A stretch of DNA of 63,954 nt, filler included, from Intoshia linei (lineage: Eukaryota; Animalia; Orthonectida): assembly GCA_001642005.1 (NCBI GenBank). It is 3 parts of 3 records of this genome, joined end to end, with 100 filler letters (N's around TTAATTAATTAA, not from the genome) between each part and the next. Parts side by side here need not be neighbours in the genome. Positions count along the whole stretch, not along the records: positions 44,971 to 63,954 come from LWCA01000754.1; 2 more parts are not named here. One strand, given 5' to 3'. Below the pieces are notes generated by a model. The model saw only the letters and a list, made by a program, of their open reading frames with translations. It made no database searches and was not told where the DNA came from. The position numbers and the translations under genes were made by a program. Shown here one piece after another: positions 54,342-63,954 of the stretch (position 1 is its first letter; every line of letters begins with the position of its first letter).

Positions 54342-57300
54342 AAGAAGCAAGCCTAATTGATAAAGACGCTTTTAACGATAGAAAATTCAGAACGGCATCT
54401 TCAGATCAACAAATTACTCCCAAATACCTCAGTGTACAATATAATTTGTTTGACAAGTCCGTTGATGCTCAAGTAGATGTTATTTACACATCAAATAATG
54501 CAAAAGTTTTTATTAATGAACAGGAACCAAGAATTATTAGAACGTGGAATAATAAAGATTTAAATTGGATTTCAGTCAATCACATGTAATTAATACATGT
54601 AGTTATATATTACTTAGCCTAAGTCTTATCCTATTCAGTACACGTATCCAATAATATATAACAGGGGTTTTTAAACTTAAAACTATGCGAACCACCAATT
54701 AAAACTGCTTTAAAAATTTTTTAAATTATAGATGCCTTAGAATAATGCTTTGATAATGTAAATTTCGGAGGCTGGAATTTGTGATAAAATTATTTTAAAT
54801 AAAATAGAAGACTTAATTTTGTGACATTGAAATTATTACATTTGTATGTATATTAACTGAAAAAAACCGTATTATCATATTTATATATCGATGTCATATT
54901 TTTTAAATTCTATCAGTATTTTTTAGTTTACAAAATAATGGGTATTTAGAGATTTTGGTCTTTAAGATACATAAGTTTTTTAGGTTAAAATTTATGATAA
55001 CGTTCATGATTTTTGTTTAATATTTTTTAATAATTTTTAAATAAAAAATAGTGAATACTAAAGTGCTTTTTTGATCGTGAAGACGTCACTTTGTCAGATT
55101 GAAAATTTTTATGTGTGTTAACTGTATATAACTATCAATTGAAATTTTTTAAAAGTTCTAGGACTATTTTCATTTTTTAAAAAAGGTAATCTGGGGTTTT
55201 GATCGTGAAAATGACCTTTTTTGGGGCTGTGTTTTATGACATGATAATTTTTACAAAAAAGGGTAATTTATGGTTTTGGACGTAAAAATATAAGATTTTG
55301 AAATTGAAATTTATCATTATGTTGATAATTTTAAAATCTTTATCAGATTTTGTATTTTATATAATTCTAGAACTCGTTTGAATTTAAAAAAACAAGGATA
55401 AATGGAGTTTTTGACCTTGAAGAATTATTTCTGAAAATGAAATTTCTTTACGGTTATTACTTTCATAAATAAATGGTAACAGACAAATTAATAATTAAAG
55501 GACTTTTTCTATAAGGGTTGGCAAAATTAGGTTTTTTCTTTTGGGGTCAGATAGAGTTATTTTTCATCTAAAAATTTGGTAAAATTGGATTTTTCAAAAA
55601 AATATTAGTAAAAGGGTATTTTTTACTTAAGGGTTGGTAAAATTTTGGTTTTTTATCATAAGATGTTATTAAATTTCATGATTGAGTAAAATATGCTTAA
55701 AATTGATCATTCACCCAAACTATTTAAAATTTTCGTATTCGCCCATAATAAAATTATTTACCCCTGAGAAGCACTCAATTAAACAGCCATTCACGGTACA
55801 TTTTTAACTGAATTACTTTATATAATTTTATTATAAGTAAGGATATCACTCTTTTCATATTATAAAAATTCGAATAACTTGGGTTTTGACCGTGAAGGTG
55901 CAAATTTTTTCAGAAAAAACTAAATTAGAAAGTTAGAATTTTTATTTTTGAAATTTCTGCTTAATCAGTTTTTTCAATAAATGGTTACTCATCCATTCAA
56001 AGACAATAAGTCCTGAGTAAAGTCTGTCAGACACATACATTATTAGCAGCAATAACTTTATATAAGTAAGGTTATTAAAAGTTATGAGAACTATATATGC
56101 CGCGATTGATAACCATCTACACCACGCTGTCCCTGGACAGTGCTTGTTGAATTTATTATCTAATTTTGATTCATTAAAATTTCTTTTAATAGTCATCAAG
56201 TTGAAATGAACAGAGAAAAGATTATAAAATTAGCAAAACATGTCATGAATGCCAAGATTTGTGACGGAAAAATGGCATTAATGAAAAAGACAAGATCTGA
56301 TAGATTCAAAAATTTAATAAACAAAGATATTTTAGGTTTTAAACTATATATGTGTTATTATTAATTAATTGTAATTATTATTTTACGATCGAAGACACAT
56401 CTCCAGTATACTTAGTATTTAATGAAATAGTTTATTTGATTTCTTAATTTTTTATAGATTAATTGCAAACCCTAGTACTAACGTTTTGGTTACTGTATTT
56501 AATTATTTAATTGTTAAGTTAGATTGTTTATAATTTATAAATTTAGAAGAGGAGAACATGTCTCAGGTACTCTTGAAAGAACAGTGTGATATATACCTAG
56601 AAAAAGTTCACAAATCAGAAGTTTTGAATAACCCTTTGCCTTTATTTACTAGAAATAAATTAAGTATAGATGGAAATGTATGTTACAGCGAAGTTAGCAG
56701 ACACAGCACAGATTTTAACATAACTACTTCCGGTAAGAACTACTTAACGCTTAAAAACTAAAATTGTATATAGCTGATACGGAAGTGAACTCAGATGACA
56801 AAGAAAAATCTAGATCAGATCAATTTGATGTTACTGAATTTATACAGGTTCCTTTAACACAGCGCCATCAGAATATGTCAAATATGTAATTACTTTATCA
56901 AAAACTGTATTATATGTGAAATATTATTTACTTATAGATCATATGGCCAACTCGCGAATTTAGCGGGAATTGACCACCCAAATGAATTGTTGGATAAACG
57001 AGAACGGAATAAGTCCGTTTTAAAGCATTATGAAGACACTTCAAGTAAAAACCCGTCAGATATAAAGAAGCTAAAAAATAAAAAAACTGATAGTACAATT
57101 AAAAGTTTACCTGTACAAAAAGATTTTGTTGCCAATATTCAAATGCGATCACATATGCAAAATATTCCTAAAAATAAACTCATCAATACAGCCACTGTTT
57201 CAACTAATTATGCTGAATTTTTTTATGGTATTTTATAACAATGATAAAAAAAGCATTTTTTCTTTATTTATTATTGTTTAATAGGTAAACAAGTGATAAT

Positions 57301-60300
57301 GATACGATTATCAAAAACCAATTCTTCAATTAAAGACGCTTTTGTAACAATTTCTATAGATAGAAATTTATTGAGTGAGGATCTATGCAATTCTCTTAAT
57401 CCAATGATTATCGTTGTTAAATCCGTGAAAAATATCATTTCAAATAAAGATATTCTTACGAAAAGGTTAATTGCACAATACAGTCTCAAGTCAGTTAATG
57501 TAAATCAGTGTTTCTCTACTTATTGTTATCTCCTAAAAATATTTTTATAACAAATCAAAAAATAATTAACCACTTTGAGAAACATGATTTTAAAAAATAT
57601 ACATTTATAAAACCCACTAAATGTTGCTTTAGTCAAACTCCAATTTACGTAAAATACAACTTATTAGACACTGAAAATACAACTAAAATTAAAGAAGCAG
57701 AGCAAAATATATATTTTGAGGATTATAATGTTATTTTGACAGGTATTATGTTTTAATAATTATTTTATCAACGGTTTAAATTTAATTTAAATATTTCTGT
57801 ATTTATTTATTAACGGTTGTGATCAACAGTTGATTTCTAAGATGTGCATCATATCTAATCAATTATAAAACTAATTTCAATTATTCATATGAGCCATGCT
57901 GAGTCTCTTTTTCCAATATTTTTTTGAAAAACACGATTTTACCCTTAAGGGCGGTAAATTGGATGTTTATTTTGGGTTAGAATAAGATTTTTTTCTCATA
58001 AAATTTGATAAAATCGTTTATTTAAAAAAAATATTGGAAAAAGAGACTCAGCATGGCTCATATGAATAATTGAAATTAGTTTTATAATTGATTAGATATT
58101 TTAACTATAATATTTAATATTTATATAATATTTATAAGATATTTTAAGATTAGATAACGGGATTTTTTCATTATGGGTTTGGTAAAGTTGGATTTTTATT
58201 TTGGAGTTAGGATAAGATTTGGTAAAATCGTGTTTTCAAAAAAATATTGGAAAAGGGGATTTTTCCCTTAATGGTTGATCAAATTGAATTTTTTATTTTG
58301 GGGTTGGAATAAGAGGTATTTGTTATAAGAGTTGGTAAAATTGTGTTTTCAAAAAAATATTGGAAAATGGGATTAATCTTTTAACGGTTGATCAAATTGA
58401 ATTTTTTATTTTGGGGTTGATTTATTAAGTGGTTTATTAAGTGGATTTTTGAAAAAAATATTGTTTAAAGTCGATTTTTCCCTGATGGTTTGAAATGGTA
58501 TTATTTATTAAATTGTATTAATATGAAATAAAAGTGGGATTTTTGAAATAATTATGTAAGGGTCGTTTAGTCTATGTCGATTTTTATTTAGGGTTGGAAT
58601 AAGAAGTTTTTTGTTATAAGATTTGGTAAAATCGTGTTGTCAAAAAAATATTGGAAAAAGGGATTATTCGCTTAAAGGTTGGTAAAATTATGTTTTTTCT
58701 TTAGGGATAAGATAGAGTGAGTTTTCATCTAAAAGTTTGGTAAAATTTTGGTTTTTTCTCATAAGATTTCGCTAAATTGGGTAATTGAATGAAATATGCT
58801 GAAAATTTTAGATGCGCCCACAATCATCTAAAATTTTCGTATTCACCCCATAACAAGCACTGGTCTGTGTCTGGGCACTGTCTTAAAGTGAGCGACAATT
58901 ACTAATATAATTTTTTATTAAACATAATCTATTTAAAATAATTATTTAATGTTTGAAATTTTCATTTCTTCTTCGACACAAATACTTCTTTCTCTTTTTT
59001 ATTTTTGATATCACATAGATATAAAGTTGAAAATAACAATAATATGTCTAACACAGTGGTTTCAAACTGATACAACTTCACGCCCAACTTTTTATCAAAA
59101 AAATTTTTGCGCCCACTCATATTATTTATATTATGTATATTATACATATTATATTAGTATGTGTTTTTTTAAAAATTGTTTATTGTTTTCCAGCTAAACA
59201 ATTCATTTAAAATTAGAAAAATATATTTTTATTAATTAGTAAATAGGTTTGAATGTTCCTTTTTAAAATAATGAAATAACTATAAATGGAATATAAATAT
59301 ATAAAAGTCGTGACCCACCTGTTGGGAACCGCTAGTCTAACGCTTTTCTATATATATCAGGATAGTCGTCTTTCATTGAAGTCCAAAAGTTTTCAAAGAC
59401 AACTCTTCAAAATTAATTCTTAGACCACGATCAGTTAATATCATTGCTAATTCCTCTTCTTCTATTACATTCAAGTTTTTTACTTTGTGTATCTATGAAT
59501 GGATTACAAATCCAATCATATTTTTCGATATTCAAGGATGGGAAATAAGTATCAGGAAACATTTCTAAATCATTTTGTTCGCATTTTTACAAAAATTAAT
59601 GAAAAAAATATATACATACAAAAATTTTAATGGCACATATTTTTTGGTGCGCGCTGGCGCACCTATTGAGAATCATTGAATCTAGACTGTAGACTCTAGG
59701 CCAGTGATTCTCAATCTTTTTTATTGCGCAGAACCCTGATGAAATTTGAAAAAATCGCGGCACCTAAAAGCATAATCAAAATTTTTTTTCGCATGTCGCA
59801 TATATAACACAATTTGATTTTTAATTAAAAAATTAATTTAATTAATTTTAATTAAATTAAATAACACACGGAATTTAGCCGGTAAAACCAGTCACACTAG
59901 GAAGAAGCTTCCAGGCCCGTGAGAGATAACGTTTTAGTTAAATATCATTATAAAGAGGTAAGTAACTTGTTTAAATTATTTTAAGAGAGTTGGGCCAGTA
60001 AAAACCCACCTTCTTTACAATATTTCTTATAAAGATAATCTGAATTGTTATTACTTTTTAACATAATTTTTCAGGTTCCCATACTCACAACGTATAATAT
60101 TTTTATTAAAACTTGTTTGATTTAAATTGAAAATATTGTATTTATATTTCACGGAATCCCAATTAAATTTCGCGGAACGCGGGTTGAGAACCACTGCTCT
60201 AGACTTTGGGATAAATTCCCAACATATGGCAACTCTGTGATAAATATTAAAAATTTTCCCATAAAACAAAACTAAAGTTGATAAATTTTTTTTATTTGAA

Positions 60301-63300
60301 TCCCACGAACCTTAGGTATATAGTTTTAGATTAAATCGGGAACGACTCCCCTAGGCTGATATCAGCAACACCTGGTGTAGTTTGAAAATGACTGTTATTT
60401 TAATTATTGAAAGTTATTATAGGTTTGTATAACAAAAAAAGTTTAAAAGAATTATTTTTAAACAATTATCTGGTATTTAAAATATTTGACCGAGAAATTG
60501 CATCAATTGAAAAAAAACAAATTGGTTCCATTTTTGGTGAATGTGACGGTGATAAAGACATTTCAAAATCCAATATAATTAAAGGTATATAAATTAATTA
60601 ATTATCTTAATTGTATTTCAAATACATTGTCATGTATCACGAAATTTGACTCTATATGTATCCATAGTTCCGAACCTACCGTACCCGAGAAACACTTCGG
60701 GTTTTGACCAAATTTTTGTAAAATGGAGGGTTAATTTTTCAAAATATAAGAAAAATCAACAGTTTAGAATCTAAACTTTAGAGTACAATTTGTGAAAGTT
60801 GTAGCAAGAGCACATAATACCAAAAAAAAATTTTTTTTTATCACGAATGAAGTATCGCTATATTATCACTGCATAAATTTTTTTATCCATCATAGTTCAA
60901 TATTAAAATTAAATATTTAATTTACAAATTATTCTGAGGTTCTGTAGTGGTCCGTGGACAAGCACTTTTGAGCCGCTGAATTAAATTTAAATCTTAAAAA
61001 TTAAATTAAAACAAAATTTAGATTTGGTAATTGAACAAAAAAAATATGAAGAGAATGTTAAAAATACGAAACGGTATGGCATAGCGCGAATAGATTTATC
61101 ACACTTTTACTACGGTTGTAATATAATATCGGAAAAATTGGCTATATTCAATGTAAGTTTGGATAAAAACACTAAAAACATGAAAAAATCAACAAACTCA
61201 AAATTTGATTGGTATTTTAGTAAATATTCTGGTAAAAATCATAAATTTTAAAAATTCTCTAAAAGCAATATTTAGACAACAAATTATTATCAGAGCACGT
61301 TGATTACATAACGACTGGATCAAGCATATCTGTTAAACTAAAATTGAGCAAACCTATACAATTTGTTCAAATTGAAAATGAAGTAAAATTAAAATTAAAA
61401 TGAATACATTAAAATTAAAATTGCTTAATTAGCTACAGCCACACCCTTATTCCAAAATAGTAATTTTATTCGACATGAAATGTTCAGATGAAAAATTTAT
61501 GAAAATTTTTTGTTCAATGGTTGAAAAAGTGTTGCATTTCAATGACCATTGGTTCACAGTTGAAATGAAGTGGAAATTTAAACAAATTTGTGAAAAATTA
61601 GATAAAATAAAAACTGAAGCGTAATATACAAATTGTTCAAATTATTGAAATTGCTGATATAAAATTTAGAAAAGATTTTGAAAATTGTATTAATGGGTTT
61701 TCAATTATTAGCAAAAAATTTTCTCTCATTTTGCTTGAAGGAAATTATGAATCTATACATGAAATGTTTGAATTTTATATTTCACTAAAAGGTTCATTTT
61801 TATTTCAATTTATAATAAATTTTATTTCAAATGCCTTTAGAGTTTTACATGATTAAAAAGAAAATTAAAATTTTGTACAATTCTGAAATTAATTATAAAA
61901 CTAAAATGTATCCTCAGTTATATCTTTTGAATGAAATTGTTGATATCGATTCCAATGCAAAAAATTTGTTTAACTCTATTATTAAAAATTCAAATAAATT
62001 TAATAATAGTAAGGACAGCAATTTGATCAATTCCTGTGTATTGAAAATTAATAAGGTGTGAATTCTTGTGAAGGAGTTAATATTTATTATACAATTATAT
62101 TAGTTGATGCAATGTAATAATTTTCGATCAGTACAACTTGATAATTTGTTGATATCTAATCAAGAATACGAAACAATAAAGACCAAGTGTATTTTTATTA
62201 ATTCTTAACAAATTTTTTATTATTTCAATTTTAGAAAATAAAATTGAGTTTTTTTAAAATTTTTTTGTATTACATTTCTACAGATCACGAACAAAATTCT
62301 GAGATATTGGAAAATATATCAAATTATTTCAATGGGGCAAAAAGTATTCCAATATTGAGGGAAGAAATGATTGAATCAAACCTCAACAAATCAGATAATT
62401 ATATATATTCTCGTGGCATTACAAAAAAACGAAACGTTAGAAATTATCATCTGGAAAATTTGGTAAATAATGACATTATTTTATTTAAATTCTAGGACTA
62501 ATATATATTATATATATTGTAGGTATCTAATATTTTTTGTTTTTATAAAATACATGTAGTTACCCAAAACAAATTAATACACAAGTGTTTTTTTGACCGT
62601 GAAGGTGCTACTTTGTGGGATTGAAATTTTTAGTGTGTGTTGACTCGATATAACTGTACCAGCTGTAATTTTTTTCAAAATCAAGTCTTATAATTTTGAA
62701 AAAAATATAATCTAGAGTTTAGATAGTGAAAGGTTGCAATTTATGATAATACTTATAATTTTAAAAACTACCCCAGTATTTATATTATAATAATAATATT
62801 ATAACTCCCAAATTAAAAAATTTTAGGCCGTAATTCAATATTTGTCAGATATAAATGTTAAAAATTTACATTTTTATTACGACGAAAATTTGTATCGAGA
62901 AGGACCGGATGCAATAAAAGAGGCAATGATTAATAAATTGAAAATAATATCTGGAGTAATTATTATTATTAATTATAAATTTGACTTTTTTTCAACTTTT
63001 TCAGTACCACTGTATATTATACCATTATACTTAAAATTTAGTATAAATACAGAATTTATCAATTTGGAAACTACATGTCGGGTACATTTCCAATAAAAAA
63101 AATGAAAAAACCAATATTTGTTGAAAAAAAGATAAATCCGTTCAGAAATTCCATTTCGCGAACATTAGATTCTTTGAATCAGCATTCAATAAGAAACATG
63201 TATAATGATTACGTTTCAAGTGGAATTATGAATGATGCTGGAGAATTTGTGAAATTAGAAAGGTGCCCCTTCGAGTGGGATAAAAGACATTTAGATTGGA

Positions 63301-63473
63301 ACAATTGGTCCACTGTTCCCAAAGAACGATATACTAAAAATTGTATACACATTTCGGATTATTCTAATGAATTTAAAAAGATGAATCTTGTTAAAAAATC
63401 AAACTTCAAAAACCAAGTAAAGAAAAAAATTTGTAATTTTCATTTACATATATATTGCATTATCGCAGTATAA
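54342..63473 (+). CDS. CFAP92/KIAA1257-like (DUF4550) ciliary protein, many exons; both ends uncertain
   Basis: YLSVQYNLF...QVDVIYTSNNAKVFINEQEPRIIRTWNNKDLNWIS (DUF4550-like), LLSEDLCNSLNPMIIVVKSVKNI, PIYVKYNL...IYFEDYNVILTG, LVFKIFDRE...FGECDGD, YGIARIDLS. Consistent GT-AG exons throughout. Confidence 0.7.
55020..55430 (-). mobile_element. Older Helitron-like fragment in a CFAP92-like intron
   Basis: Diverged match to the family core (GATCGTGAAG...GTGTGTTAAC). Similar pieces at ~27850-28000 and 62585-62775. Confidence 0.6.
58150..58860 (+). repeat. Tandem array of ~95-110-bp units ending in the conserved AAAATTTTCGTATTC(G/A)CCCATAA motif
   Basis: Repeated GGTAAAAT(C/T)GTGTTTTCAAAAAAATATTGGAAAA and TTTTATTTTGGGGTTGGAATAAGA. 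The same end motif occurs at ~55727-55748. Confidence 0.8.
59702..60196. mobile_element. hAT (Charlie-type) MITE
   Basis: TIR CAGTGATTCTCAA/TTGAGAACCACTG. TSD CTCTAGGC/CTCTAGAC (NTCTAGAN-type target). Confidence 0.85.
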
Positions 63474-63954
63474 CCCCTAGGTCTTTGAAAAAAGTATCTG
63501 TCTGTTGTATGGTTTCAATTAGTTATACACATGTATATTATATAAGCTTGGATGTTTTGTACTTTGTACAAACAGCAAATAGCTCTGCACAGGGCGGACT
63601 TTTTTAATTATATCAAAAAAATTAAATCTTGCATAAAAATACTACTATTCATTATTACAAATCCTTCAAAGGAGTGGGCCCAAACGTGTGAGGAAATTTT
63701 TTACATTTTAAGATCATTAATTATATCAAAGTTATTGTTAATGATATAATTTCACTAAAAATGGTGTAAATAGTATAATGCTTTATTGAACATGAAGGCT
63801 TAACTTAACATTGAAAAATTTTATGTATTAGGTTATTCACAAAGTAATGTCGTTTTTATAACTATAATTAAAACTTCTATAATAATAATTTTGATTAACT
63901 TTTATTCTACAAAATATTCTTCATTGCATTCAACAATTCTTCTCCAACGTTCCG

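Noticed and set aside
58150-58860. CRISPR-like repeat-spacer array
   Set aside because: Units are degenerate tandem copies without unique spacers, the context is a eukaryotic intron, and there are no cas genes.
56138-58862. Large hAT element (CAGTGCTTGTT...AACAAGCACTG) capturing CFAP92-like exons
   Set aside because: The 11-bp inverted match has no TSD (TCCCTGGA vs GTCTGTGT); more likely ends of independent insertions.

Overview
Very AT-rich eukaryotic (animal) scaffold window. It carries compact multi-exon genes whose introns are mostly 30-50 nt, plus longer introns filled with DNA transposons. The tiny introns and highly divergent metazoan proteins would fit a reduced parasite genome such as the orthonectid Intoshia; this is inference and cannot be verified here. 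Genes reconstructed by manual splicing: IGBP1/TAP42, the C-terminal part of a Slo1/BK channel, Cks, RPS15A, ARPC4, the 3' part of mitochondrial TrpRS (WARS2), a CD225/dispanin protein, an SRSF4/5/6-like SR protein, TCP11-like, AMPK-alpha (N-lobe exons not visible), the ZMPSTE24 5' exons, PRMT5, a minimal REPS-like EH protein and CFAP92-like. Mobile DNA: an abundant non-autonomous Helitron-like family, two Tc1-family elements, several hAT elements/MITEs with 8-bp TSDs, a pogo-like MITE, a Chapaev3-like transposase pseudogene, a Ty3/gypsy gag remnant and a ~45-100-bp-unit tandem repeat family. Two 100-nt N-gaps and two single-N joins truncate several genes. No tRNA, rRNA or CRISPR array was recognised, and I see no clear-cut new biological system. 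The best leads are a candidate poison exon and an unusual architecture in the SR gene, long intronic fold-back inverted duplications tied to repeats, a divergent Cks hinge, and convergent genes whose stop codons are only 20 nt apart. Coordinates were read by eye; outer limits of repeat copies are approximate.
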